A stretch of 63,996 nt of DNA, counting the filler, from Chiloscyllium plagiosum (Eukaryota), in NCBI RefSeq assembly GCF_004010195.1. It is 5 parts of one record of this genome, joined end to end, with 100 filler letters (N's around TTAATTAATTAA, not from the genome) between each part and the next. Parts side by side here need not be neighbours in the genome. Positions count along the whole stretch, not along the records: positions 11,427 to 37,078 come from NC_057714.1; positions 37,179 to 53,545 come from NC_057714.1; 3 more parts are not named here. One strand, written 5' to 3'. The notes beneath the pieces were generated by a model, which was not told where the DNA came from, ran no database searches, and worked only from the letters and a program-made list of their open reading frames with translations. Positions 36,731 to 50,094 of the stretch are shown piece after piece (within the stretch, counting starts at the first letter, position 1; the number at the start of each line of letters is the position of its first letter). The translations under genes and the position numbers were made by a program.

Positions 36731-37078
36731 CCCAAGGTCCCGTACTTCCCGCGGGAGCCTGTGCCCCACAACCTAAGCCGCCTCCGGAATTTTAATTTTG
36801 TTCCCTTCCAGGGGGTAAAAAGGAGGGCCCTATATAGACTGCTGCTGCACAGCGTCCACCTCTTCTCCCTCATCCACCGTCCGGACACGCCTTGGCGTGC
36901 CCATTTGCCACCGGGCGGTGGGGATCCCCAGTGGAGGGCTCTCTACACGGGAGCCCTCCCCCTTTCTCTCGGGGATCTGGGGTGGAGGGTGCTGCACGCA
37001 GCAGTCCCCTACAACCGCAGATTGCGGTGGTTCACGGACTCCCAGCCCAACTGCTTGTTCTGTGGCACTGTGGAGTCC
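36731..37078 (+). mobile_element. Tx1-clade LINE ORF2 C-terminal fragment (zinc-knuckle region), runs into gap
   Basis: LYRLLLH...RPDTPWR...PQWRALY...GDLGWRVLHAAV...CLFCGTVES. CpG-rich and without stops, which suggests a young copy. Confidence 0.82.
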
Positions 37079-37178
37079 NNNNNNNNNNNNNNNNNNNNNN
37101 NNNNNNNNNNNNNNNNNNNNNNTTAATTAATTAANNNNNNNNNNNNNNNNNNNNNNNNNNNNNNNNNNNNNNNNNNNN

Positions 37179-37528
37179 GCGAAGGATGAGGGGTGACTTG
37201 ATCGAGGTTTATAAGATGATCAGAGGAATAGATAGAGTAGACGGTCAGAAACTTTTTCCCCGGGTACATCAGAGTGTTACAAGGGGACATAAATTTAAGG
37301 TGAAGGGTGGAAGGTATAGGGGAGATGTCAGGGGTGGGTTCTTTACCCAGAGAGTGGTGGGGGCATGGAATGCGCTGCCTGTGGGAGTGGCAGAGTCAGA
37401 ATCATTGGTGGCCTTTAAGCGGCAATTGGATAGGTACATGGATGGGTGCTTAAGCTAGGACAAATGTTCGGCACAACATCGTGGGCCGAAGGGCCTGTTC
37501 TGAGCTGTATTGTTCTATGTTCTATCTA
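37179..37528 (+). mobile_element. CR1 3' end
   Basis: RGDLIEVYKMIRGIDRV...TRGHKFK...FFTQRVVGAWNALP, followed by a (tgttcta)n tail. Confidence 0.92.
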
Positions 37529-37859
37529 AGTAAAGTTATAAATTGCCATGTGTAATTTGAAACAAAAAACACAAAGCTCCAAGCTGGGAAAGGGAAAAGG
37601 TGCACTTGTATATGAAAATTGGCATCACTACTATCACTCAGGATGCATGAAGCATTGTTATTACAGAAAGAATAAAGGCCAGAAAATTAGTTTATACTGA
37701 GGCCATAATAGCAGGGAAGTCATAGAATGCATTTAAAATTACCAAAGGATAGTTTACACATTCTGAATAAAGAATCTCATGGAAGAAGATAGAGAAATTT
37801 TAAGATTATGATGATTGTGTTACTAGGATATTCATAATTTGAACGGCGATATTAGTGGT

Positions 37860-37993
37860 CATTCCTGATGAAGGGCTCCTGCCCGAAATGTCGATTTTCC
37901 TGCTCCTCGGATGCTGCCTGACCTGCTGTGCTTTTCCAGCACCACTCTAATCTTCACTCTGATCTCCAGCATCTGCAGTCCTCGCCTTCGCCT
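37860..37993 (+). mobile_element. Family C Penelope terminal mini element with hammerhead at 37861-37896
   Basis: auuc-CUGAUGA-A-GGGC uccu GCCC-GAAAUGUC-gauu, followed by ...gcttttccagcacc...ctccagcatctgcagtcctc. Confidence 0.8.
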
Positions 37994-40900
37994 ATATTGA
38001 TGGAAGAGTTTATTAAGGCTGCCGTCACAAAACATTACTTTCTAAAAGAATGAGCAAGGCAGTTTTTAATGTTTTAGAAAGGTGGAAAAACATCAATTTT
38101 TCTAATGAATACATGGAAAACTACATCTTGGCTACAGAAAATGAAAATCCACTAAAAGGCAGGAAACCACATGCTGCTTGGAAAGAAAAGGCAGGAATAT
38201 CTTCAATAGCCAATGCAGCAATATATCATTATCATAACGCTGATTTTACAGCTACATTGGTAAAATATCACATAGCATCATGATAACACAGAGTCTCAAA
38301 GATGTGCAGACAAAGAAAACACTGCAATTATGTTAATATAAAAAAAATTCAATAGTTTGAAGAACTAAAACAGCACTGATGAAATGCAATATTACAAGCT
38401 ATAAAGCCTACTGCATTCATTATTTGCAAAATCATTAAATCTGCAAGATACACAGAACAAAATGGCAAAGTTACAGCATCTTTTGTAATGCCACATATTT
38501 ATCACAGTTTTAAAGCATTAAAGATAAATAACCACATTAAGAAAAATGGCAGGATAAATAAGATTGCAATCAAGATATATGTCAGAGGTGGGCCAAATAG
38601 AACACTGGATCAGGCATTTTGAAGAAATTAAATACTGAATCCAAAGCAGGGCAAGTAAATATACAAATTAATTCAATATGCCCTACTACTGATGATGTTA
38701 TAAATTTCTAAAATATGAAAGAAAGCACAGAAGAAGTTCTAACAGCTTTTAATAATTACCACAATCTGAGAATAAATAAAATAATTTAAAGGGCTAGATA
38801 TAATTTAAGCATTCAGCATCCAGGCAAATCAAATAATTTCATTAATGATTAGTAGAAAACTGTAAGTACTGAACTTTGAAATCAGAATTCTTAAGAGACA
38901 GAGCTGTTGTTGGAATTATTGATCTGTCTGTGTCAGATATATTATAATATAAAGAAGATCTGACCCTGGAGAAAATCTATCCAAATTGTTTTGGTAACTG
39001 AAAACAGGAATACTCACAGTCAAATCATAAGAGGAGAAAGACAACCTTACCACAGAAGACTGATAGAACCTATTTACTTCACGATATATGAACACTTCAT
39101 AGATATATATGTGACAAGCTATCGCAATAAGTAAGCTAAACAATGGATACTAAGTGTCAATGTCGTGAGCAGTGCCAAACATGACAAAAGAACTGAAGAT
39201 CTGTAAAATTATAGATGTTTCCAGAAGATGAGAGTCAGTTTCAGAGCAGCAGAATGGAGGTTTCAGTGGAGATTATGCACTCAAAGTGATCAATAGCCAA
39301 TGCAGCAATATATCATTATCATAACACTGATTTTACAGCTTCATTGGTAAAATATCACATAGCATCATGATAACACAGAGTGAGCAGTCATCACTGGAAA
39401 AAAACATCAAAAGTCTTCCCAAGTGAAATTAATAATGCTTCTGAACCAAGTTTGACAGAACTTACTTATACCAAAGTACTTCTTATTAATTTCCAGATTG
39501 ATATAAGCACAGGTGTCACTATCCTGTCATATTAAATACTATGTCTGAAGAAACAGATGCTATAACCTACAAAGATGTAAATGCATGGTCCATTTGGGAC
39601 AACTCCAAAGTTTAAAGGAGTACAACAAACAGCATTGTTACCCACAAGCATACAAGATTTGAAAATAACTATTCGATGCAAAATCAACATTTCACACTTT
39701 TGAGCCCTTATGCATATCTTGACTACAATATTCAATAGCGGGTTCAACTTTGTGACTGGATGGTCAGCCAGTGCAAGTTCAACAGCAGCATTTCAGTCCT
39801 TTCAAAGAAGAATTATTAATACCTGTGAGAAAGATCGTGCTAAGCCAACAGTAATCATTTAATGTTGCAATTGGAAATGTTAAATTATTCGATCAACACC
39901 CACAGAGGGTGAATAAGGTCCCAGAGGGAAAAATGATTAAGACTTGGAAATGAACATATCAGCCTTACCGGAACTCTATTTTGAAGTGTATAAGATGAGT
40001 CAGAGCAGAATGTCTCATTTGCTTTTTTTGATTTTTTTTCTCCTTTTGGTTGATGTCCAATTTACTCAACAAGTTGAAATGAAAAGCTTAAATCCTTTAA
40101 CACAAATGTATCTGCACATTGAAAGCAAAAAATTTGCTTGAACAAAATTAAAATATTCTGCATACAAACCCAAGGAAGCCAGGCCACTGCCAACATGTAC
40201 AGGGCATGGTTAAAAAGAAGGGATTGCCAGGTCTGACAATCTAGGACACTGCAAAATTAAAACTAGCTGGTCTGACAATCCAGGCTATTGTGAGGAAGAA
40301 AGTATTTGTTTCAACAGAGCTATGGTGGGCTTTCACAAGGCTCCCCAGATGATGTCATGAAAGAACTACCTGAGTTGGCAAAGAAGACAATGGGCATTCA
40401 GAAGATTGAAGGTCCTCCAGAGAAGATAGTAGATCATTTATCACATTGAGCATGAAGTACATTCTCCATGTTGGTCATCCAAAGATAAAAAAAATCCTCC
40501 AGAAGAGAAGAGATTTTACAGAGAATAAGAATCAAGGTCAACAATTCTCAAGACAAAGATCTACCAGTTTTCCAATTTTAAAGAGCGAATTTTCTGGAAG
40601 AATTGTGGGAAAAACTCCCAGACAATGTGAAAAGTCAGAGACTTGTTGGGACTTGAGGTTGTGATAAAAGTAAAAATAGTTTTGTACTGATGAAACTGCT
40701 TCCATTCTTAATGTTTCTGAAGACTCATTTAAATGCTTGTGTGAAAGGTCACAAAATGGACACTTAGGATACTTTTTTTTATAAAAGAACACTTAATGGA
40801 AGTAACAAATCTGAGTTTATGGCTGGTAGGAATCATGACTGTTTAGAATTATTTGAAGTTTAGCTGCTGTCTAGCCAATTGAGAGAAGTCACCCAACTCA

Positions 40901-41429
40901 TCTTCTTCTGCTTCCTTTGAAAAATCTTCAGAAATCATATGTGACACTGACTTTAAAAAACAAATGATGCGCCTATTCTCCTAAGAAGATTTTGCAAAGA
41001 CTTTTTCTTCATATCTCTGGAAAATTTGTTTCTGAAAAAATTCTAGTGAAAACCTTATGCACTTCCTAACACCTGACTGCATGTCCCAGGGCACCAGCCT
41101 GAAAGTCATCTGGAACATTTAATAGATTAGATTACCATGTCCTTTCTTTCATTCGTGAATAACAGTCATTTGACCAAAGATTGTTTTGTTAAGTTGATCA
41201 GTACAGAGAAAATACCTTTGATTTTCTTTACCAGGTGAACATGGGTTTGGTTACTTAAAAAGGTATCTATTTATATGACCATATTTCAAACTGTCTTAAT
41301 AAGTTTTGTATCTTTAATGCAAAAGCTTTGTTTTGAAATAAACCTGTACATTTTTAAATATATGCTGTGACTATGGGGTGCTCTAACTAATAGATATGGT
41401 GCACCCACTCAACGTTCGTTGAAGCAAAT

Positions 41430-42830
41430 AATTGGGGGCTTGAATGGAATAGTCAAAGCTGGAAATGTGTATTTAGAAGTTAAGTAATTCTAATCGAAAA
41501 AGGATAATAGACAAGCCACCAGGTTTTCTGTGCATTAAAGTTTACATAACAGAAATAACTACTTTCAACAAAAGAATGTTTGTGCAGAAATCTGGGCTAG
41601 ATTTTGGCTCTTTAAAGGAATTGACCTTTGCAAAACTATTGAATGAGAGGGAGCACTTCAGGTTAGACATGAAACCAAAAGCTATAAAACTTTAAATCCA
41701 ATCACAAGTGACTGGAATGTTAAGTATTGAAGTGAGGTGGACAGAAGGATGTTTATAATCAGAAGAGGATAAGGTTACACTGACAGAGATTCAGTTGGAC
41801 AAAATGAAGTTGGAGCTAAAGTTTCAGTGAGAAGGAAGAAAGTACTTCAGAGAGAGAGGTTAAAAAGCTTTACAATCTTAGTCATACATGATGTGGACGT
41901 GGGAAAATTCTCTCCTGTAAAATAGCATAATTATCACTTAGGTCCAGAGAAACAGGTCCAGGTGAAACCAGAAATCTAATTCATATTGGAAAACCTGAAT
42001 CCAGTCAAAGCAAGGCTGGATATTCTTTAGCTAATATGGTTTAACTAAACCTTTGCATAGATTATAGAAATTTCAATGCAGTAACAAAGGCAGACTCTTA
42101 CCCAATTCCTCACTTGGAAGATTATATTTACAATGTTGAGAGTGCTACATTCCTTACTAAAATAAATTGGTCGCTTCCCTAATGTCCTGAGCTAAAGAAA
42201 TATCATTCATTTTCACACCAGATGGACATTTTTAATGCCAAGTGATACCATTTGAACTAAAAATGTGCCAGCAACTTCACAGAGACAAGTGAAGCAAATG
42301 GTATCCTGTATTCCTAACTGAGTGGTTTACTTTGCTAATGTGCTAGAATATAGTGATGCATGAAACAATTAAAAGTTCTGTTTAGACAATCACAATTGGC
42401 TGATTTGGTAATAAACCTTGCCAAAAGTCAATTTGAAAAAGGATAGCTATCCAACACAGAACACATATTACGGCAGGGACAAATGATGCCAAGAACAGAA
42501 AACGTACAAGCACTAATGGAGTTCCTTGCCCCTTAGATTAAACAGAAAATTGTGATGTTTGGCAGATATGTGATTTCTGTTTAAGTTTGTACCAAATATG
42601 TCGCTGCTCCACTGACAGTTTTGCTACCATAAAGAAATATCAAGGTAGTGCGTGTTCAGGGAATGCCAAGCATCTTTTGAGAGGTTGAAAACAATTTTGA
42701 ACAATGAACAAGTGTTGGCTACAAAAGAGTAAAAATCTGACATTTTGCAAAATGTTTGCTCACTCTACTAGCCACACTAAACTATTGCAATACCGAACGA
42801 TTCCATTAGCATTATATGCTGAACATGAGT
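41430..42830 (+). mobile_element. Decayed Ty3/Gypsy pol (RT) remnant
   Basis: Broken frames at 42085-42440 give ADSYPIPHLED...ATFLTKI, AKEIS..FTPDGHF.CQVIPF.LK..PAT.QR, VVYFANVL (degenerate YLDD) and DLVINLAKS.F. Confidence 0.75.
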
Positions 42831-42944
42831 GGTCATGTGTGGATTTATTAAGTTTTCCGCATAAACCTTGATCTTTCTATTATCTGGTAGAAGAAAGAAA
42901 TTCCTACTTGTCAGGGTGAAAATATTAGAGGATGAATCACTTAT

Positions 42945-43462
42945 TGCATGCAATTCTGGTCTCCTTCCTATCGGAAGGATGTTCTGAAACTTGAAAGGGT
43001 TCAGAAAAGATTTACAAGGATGTTGCCAGGGTTGGAGGGTTTGAGCTATAGGGAGAGGCTGAATAGGCTGGGGCTGTTTTCCCTGGTTGAGGGGTGACCT
43101 TCTTGAGGTTTATAAAATCATGAGGGGCATGGACAGGAAAAAGTGACAAAGTCTCTTCCCTGGTGTGGGGGAGGCCAGAACTAGAGAGCATAGGATTAAG
43201 GTGAGAGGGGAAAAATATAAAAGAGCAACTTTTTCACGCAGAGGATGGTGCATGTGTGGAATGGGCGGCCAGAGGAAGTGGTGGAGGCTGGTACAATTGC
43301 AACATTTAAAAGACATTTGGATGGATATATGATTAGGAAGGGTTTGGAGGATTTGGAGGGCTGAACGCTGGCAGGTGGGACAAGATTGGGTTGGGATAAC
43401 TGGTCGGCATGGATGGGTTGGACTGAAGGGTCTGTTTCTGTGCTGCACATCTCTATGACTCT
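42945..43462 (+). mobile_element. CR1 3' fragment
   Basis: Reverse complement of the family at 22076-22620. Confidence 0.9.
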
Positions 43463-45284
43463 GCAGTAAAATTATAAAACAATTATTAATTATATGTCCA
43501 CAGATGTAGAGATATTTTGTAATCAACAGATCCAGCAATGTTATAACACATTTCTGAAATAAGTGGGGCTTGAGCCCCGACCTCCTAGATGTTAGCCATT
43601 ACCATTACATCACCAGAGCCCTAGAATGTTAGCACTGGAAGTTCTAATATTAATGTCAAAAAAATGTCTCAATCGCAACCAATGATGCCAGTTCAGTGCA
43701 TTGCTTGTTAAGTGAATTGTCCCATGCACAAAATAAATATCTTTAACCCATGCATTAACCTGCATTTTCAAAACTCTGCATCTGGATTTAACTTTTTTTA
43801 TCTCAATCAATTGTTATTTTCTAGCCAGCTTTGTGTTTTGTCTATTAACACATTTACGTGGAAGTAGGAGGGGGTACAGAACTAATTTACACTGTTCCAG
43901 AGCAAATGACCTTGGATGCTAACTCCGGCTCTCGCTGACTTGAATAAATGGCGGAATTTATAATAAGTGCCCTATGTCATTTGTTGCCGTGTTCCACAAT
44001 CTGTACGTTTTTGGATAGTGGATTATGCACAGAGGTACACAGGGCATTCTGCATTTTATTTGCTGATCTTAATAAGATACATTCCTCTTGAATACAGGTA
44101 GAAAGGGGGAAACATGAGAGCTGATGCATGTAGTCCCCATTAATTTAAGATAATTCATCTTTCATCTAAATTGTAAGTTCTTGTTTCGTGTGATGAAGAT
44201 GAAGGAGTTTTTTTATGACAGTGCTGTGCTCATCAGTGTGGCAGATGGTGGTTAGGAGTGAGTGGTGTGTGATTTTCAGTAAACAAATTCTTTATTGCTG
44301 ACAGATCATGGGGAGCGAGAAAATAGTCTGTGATTTAATAAGGGAGCCTTTCAAAGAATGCTGACAGGAGACTGTATACCTATGTAGAGAAAAATCTATC
44401 ACCAATACTTGGTGTCAGATGAAAGGAAAGGTTATAGGAGATCGTTTACAAATAAGTGCTACAAAACATGTTTATGATATTGCTAATAAACCGATTCCCT
44501 GAGATTACAAAATAATTGTCACCTTTAATGTAGGGTATATAAAGCATTGGCTGAAATGATGGGTAGTGTGTTGAAGCTGGAAGCAGTGTGTATTTCTTAG
44601 TCAGGCTTGATTTATGAGAAGACAGAGGAGATGGTTAATCTAATTAAAGAGATAACACTATAAAACATGACATTTGAGAATAATGCTCCTGAATAATAAA
44701 ACTAAAATAATTGAGAAATGTTGGCTTTCATATTTGGCTTGTTGTTCCCCAGAATCTCAGCACAGTAGTATCTCTGGTTCATGTACCCACTTATGTTATG
44801 AGCCATATTTGTATGGATATTATGTGCATATGGGGATCATCTGACCAAAGTATTCAAGATGGAAACATTTTGATGTCAACCAGAATGTAATATTGATTTG
44901 GCACCATTATTGCCATTTTGGGGCTTAATACTTCATTTAATCACCCATTCAGCAGCAAAAAAGGGATGCCTCGCCCCAATCCAACCATCACTGTACAATT
45001 TAAAGGGATCATCAACTACTTTTAAACTAGTTGCTGATTGATTTCTGTTGTCTGTTGCCAGGAGTGTAGAAATGCTTAATGATTTTGTTTTAGTTCTCTA
45101 GATTTGCTAACATTTAGTGGAAGGAATAGGAGGGTGCTGAAGGACTATTTACTGACTTCAAAGATTCTGCATAATCATTTCTTCCTGCATAAGGGTGCAA
45201 ATAGTTTGCATCCCCCTTAGCTTACAAAATGATAGGGAGAATGGAATGCAGACAACACAGAGATATGTATGTCACCATGTAAGG

Positions 45285-45503
45285 CTTAAAAATCACACAA
45301 CTCCAGGTTATAATCCAACAGGTTTAATTGGAAGCACTAGCCTTTGGAGCACTGCTCCTTCAACAGGTGGTTGTGGAGGACACAATTGTAATACACAGAA
45401 AGCTAGTGTGTTTCCAATTAAACCTGTTGGACTATAACTTGGTGTTTTGTGATTTTTAACTTTGTATACCCCAATTCAACACCAGCATCTCCAAATCATG
45501 ACT
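45285..45503. mobile_element. Family B Penelope hairpin insertion with 8-bp TSD and decayed hammerhead (45335-45369, -)
   Basis: ATGTAAGG at 45277-45284 and 45504-45511. The arms are inverted as at 3889-4091. Confidence 0.8.
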
Positions 45504-46616
45504 ATGTAAGGGATTTGATTATAAAGCTGGCATGCCTTATGATTGGCACTCATTAGCTGCAGGGAATTGTCAGCCAATGCCTTTATTGTGTAGGAGACTA
45601 TAGTGTTGTGAATTTGAGATCAGTCCATTTTAACATTAATGTTTGTTTTGATTTTGATGGTTGCCAGTCTGAGCAACACAGAGGAAGATGCAGGCCTTGC
45701 AAAACCTTCAATTGACATGGGTGGCAGCAACTATGGAGTTTTGGGAAGTAAGGACCAAAGGAGTGCCAATGGACTGCAGCAATAAACAGCAAAACATGGA
45801 AAAACGAGAGCTAATGTTCACTGTTCAAATTGTCAGATCAAAAAAGCAGACTAACATGGCAACCTAACTTTGGAGTGATGAAATTCTTCAACAAACAGCT
45901 TGACCTTCTCCCTGTGCCCCTTAATATAGATGTTTGGTGATTCGAGGGTTGCAGTGCAATACTTATACTTACGTTGTACTTACAGTATGATACACTCTGG
46001 ATCTCCAGAGTGGTGATAATTTCAGGTATTTACCACCATTTCATTTGTTAAGTACTACTGGTAAACCTTGCTTCCAGTTTGCTCTGCAGGATCAATCTTG
46101 ACATTTTTTTTTTCAAAATCCATGGTCTTTCTTCTGATAGTTCATGCGACCTCTGTAGCAGAGCAGTGGGAACTACAGGAAACTGGCATAAAACTGTAGC
46201 AAACAGCCCCAGCAAAGAATCTGCATTATTTTTCCACGATTTCTACATTCCCCTGCTGATTTTGCAAACAGGAGAACCCTTATGAAAATTTATCTCAACC
46301 AAACTATGCAGATATTTGGCTGATATACGACTGACTAAAGAATGATGCATTAGTAACGAACCCTTAAGAATGCTGTTGAATTATTACCTTCAGTCCAGCT
46401 GTTAGTGTTGTAATCTACCTCATTTGGTTAAAATATGTCACTGGAAAGGATTGACTGAGCTGGGTTTGTTAATAAGAAGAGTGATTGAAAGATCCAGCAT
46501 TGATTGCAGCCTCAGTATAATGTTTTTATTTATTGGTAATGAGATACGAACAACACTAAAAATAACCTGTGTTTACTTTATTCTTTAAAATAGTCCATTT
46601 TTAATACATACTTTAC

Positions 46617-47097
46617 AGAATCATAGAATTCCTACAGTGTGTAGACAGGCTATTCTGCCCATCAAGTTCACACCACCTCGCTGAAGAGCATCCCACGCAG
46701 ACTTACACCCCCCATCCTATCCCTCTAACCCTGCAGTTCCCATGGCTAACTCACCTAGCCTGCACATCCCTAGACACTGTGAGCAATTTAGGTAAAAACA
46801 ATGACTGCAGATGCTGGAAACCAGATTCTGGATTAGAGTGGTGCTGGAAAAGCACAGCAGTTCAGGCAGCATCCGAGGAGCAGGGAAATCGACATTTCGG
46901 GCAAAAGTTCTTCATCAGGGAAGAGGCAGTTTAACTGTGAGCAATTTAACATTGCCAATCCACCTAACCTGAACATCTTTGGATTGTGGGAGGAAACCAG
47001 AGCACTCAGAGGAAATTCAGGCAGACAGGGGAAGCATGTGTAAGCCTCTATGCAGACAGTTGCCCAAGGGTGCTGTGGGGCAGTGGCACTAACTACT
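46617..47097 (-). mobile_element. HE1-type SINE with nested family C Penelope mini element (46791-46933, 15-bp TSD)
   Basis: ACTGTGAGCAATTTA at 46776-46790 and 46934-46948. The insert carries a hammerhead with broken stem II at 46887-46922 (-). Confidence 0.85.
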
Positions 47098-49347
47098 GTT
47101 TATTACTTACTAAAGAAAATGTATAATAGTCTATTATAAAGTAAATATCAACAGCACATAGGTTATCAAGAAAGAAAACTGTTTGATACAACACAGATAG
47201 GGCAGAATTCTGCCCAGTAATTCAAAGCAGGCTCAATCAATAATGTAAGGGATGTGGAAGAATATCAGGTTGGATCCCAACATGATCCTCCCCTATTGTT
47301 GTTCTGCATATAACATTAATGAAACATAAATTTAGCTGGAAAGAAGAATGTTTATTCCATATCTGAACTGCTCTTTGGAAGTTAGCAGTGAACAATCTTC
47401 ATGAACTGTTGCAGTTGATGTGGTTTAATAACCCAACAGTCTGTTTTCTTAAGGATTCAATAAAACTAAGTGACTTAGCCAAACATCAGAGAACAATTAA
47501 GATACATTGTTGTGGGTCTGAAGTTACATTTAGGTCACATGACAGGGCAAGGATGGTCGGTCACTTACTCAGGTATTAATGAGAACGCAGTAGCTTCATG
47601 ATTATTGTTAATGAGATTATTATTTTATTCAATGTATTAATAAATGAATTTAAATTTGATAGAACCATCATGGTGAGATTTGAACTCCTATTTCTAGAGC
47701 ATTAGTCTCGCCCTCAGGATGACCCCAGGCCAAAAGCATTACAATAATGCTACCTCTCCTATCGATTTAACAACCAATTGTACAAAGGGAAAATACTGCA
47801 GGTGCAAGCAATCTGAAATAAAAACTGGAAAATGCTGCAAATACTCAACAGGTCAAACAGCATCTGCTGAGAGACAAAGGGAGAAATAATATTTTAGATT
47901 AACGGCCTTCTAGAGAATTTACAATGTTTGAAATATAATAGGTTTTAAGCCAAGTTAAAATTTGGAAGTATGAATGATGATATGGAAATGAACAATAGAG
48001 AAAGTCTATGACAGAGCAGAGGATAGGAGAGGCTAATGTTACAAACATATCTGGAGGGGATAATAAATTCCTCTCTTCACTCCAAAGCTTGATTTTTTAA
48101 AAAAAGTGATTTCTCACTCTATTATGTAACTTATCACATACATTGCTGTGAAGAAACAAGCCAGTCAAGTCTACTGAGTTTACAAGACAAGAGCTTCTTT
48201 CATTATGTAAAGAAAAACTCATTTAAAAGGGTAAATATGATTAAAAGTTAAAATGTCTCAAATTCCCATGACATACGCTCAGTCTAGTGAACAAAAAAAA
48301 AACAGTGAGTTCAGGAGTTTGGAAAGATGGAATTGGATTATCGTTACGTACGTAAGTAAAATGAATTTTATGTTTTTATGTTCCCTAGCAGTTTGGAAGT
48401 TCAATGTTGTTGCAGTTGATGTAAGCTAATTGTTCTTCAGAACATAATATCTTTTAAACTGTAAGCAATACTTTTCCAGAGTGAATGCAATGATACTTAA
48501 ATATTCTTTATTTTAAAATGTTCTATCTCCGTGATGTATTCTAACTTGAAACAGAGATAGGTTCCGAGCTTAACAAAAACGAGAGAGATAGCTGCCTTAG
48601 TACTATTCTATCCTGCAGGCCTTCTTTATATTATTGCATTCTGTAACAAACATACAAACTTATACTCATAGCTTTTCATAACTTTGCACAAGATGGAGTT
48701 TCAATCATGTGATAGCTCGCTATTACCACACAATGTAGGTAATCCATATTAATAATGGAGCTCAAACCTCCCATTAAGCTATTAGGTGCCATTTTTTGCA
48801 TAAATGTTTCTGGCTATTCCTGCAGACTGTTTGCATATTTTCATTTTGTATAATCTTGACACAAATCAGTTCCTTACCAACATCATTCAAGCATCCATTT
48901 TGTAACTCTCTGTAGTCAATTTGGAGGTAAGGTAATTTTTGCAAACATGTAAAATATAATGTCCTGACTCATTTCAAGGTGTTTCTGTCAGGTGGAACTC
49001 TCAGGTATTAAATCAGTAGATGGAATTAAAGATTAATAGTTCATATATGACAGCCTCATGACACTAAATGACAAAAGAGTTGATGGTCAGAGGCCAGACA
49101 GAGTGGTAATGGACAAATAACGAATCAAATGTTATGTGTAAAGGGTGGGTGAAAGGCAGCATGATAAACAGCTGCTACTGGAAACCAAAGAAAGAGAAAA
49201 ATAAATCAATGTTCAAACAACTAACCAGATCTTATGAATAAATCAATGATTCTATAACAATGGATAATATTGATAAGTTATGCATTTTTGGGTAATTTAG
49301 TATTTAAAGTTTATAAGTATTAAAAGTAAAACATTTCAATTCACCTC

Positions 49348-49889
49348 TGTCACAACCAGAATCTGGGACATGTTCCCAAATCCCGTACAGTTTTAGACAG
49401 GATACTTCAATGTGTTGGATGCCTGGACACTGAGGGGTGAACAAACTCCCTTTCTTTATTCACCCATCACATGATTGCAACAAGGTAAATTTGAAAAGAG
49501 CCCCTTCCTTTGGAATATATTTCTCCCAGACCCAAATTAACTTATACTTTAAAAGTTTATTGAATACTGAACTAAAAAAAACAACACAACATACATTTTG
49601 GACTTTAGCAACAACAGGTGAGTCAAACAAGATAAAAGATATGAAAGATCAGCCCCTGAATTGTTCATGAAGAGTAGATAAATGAATTCTGCAGGCTTGC
49701 AGTGAAGGTTACTAAAAGTGTTGACATTGACAGGCGAACAGTTATCTTCATCACACTTAGTTTTGTAGACTCGTTGAAATTCTGTAGTTCTGATATCATT
49801 CAAACACGATTGAATTCCAGCGTTCAAAATGAAAGAAGATCTTTTGTTGCCCTGTTCCCTTTCTTAACTGTTTTGTGCCCAGTGTGACA
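49348..49889. mobile_element. Possible solo LTR
   Basis: Bounded by TGTCACA and TGTGACA inverted termini. No TSD is visible. Confidence 0.3.
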
Positions 49890-50094
49890 GGGCCTTTCCA
49901 TGCAACATGAGCGGTAACAAGGGGATAGTAACAAGGATGCTATGACTGTCACAGTACACTAATATTGAACCCCAGACTGATACATACTGAAATGTTCAGT
50001 ACCACTAGTCTGCTCCAGTAGAATTGAAACTCACTTCTTAATCACTGTCCTTGTGTATTCCTGAAGAGTTTGCAAAAGTTGGCTTTGCACCAAG

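Noticed and set aside
37530..40300. A-rich stretch as a decayed LTR-retrotransposon pol
   Set aside because: The composition is suggestive, but I could not read convincing RT, RNase H or integrase motifs.
43850..44700. Repeat-free AT-rich segments (also ~20780-21180, ~48100-49300) as conserved non-coding elements
   Set aside because: Conservation cannot be judged without alignments.
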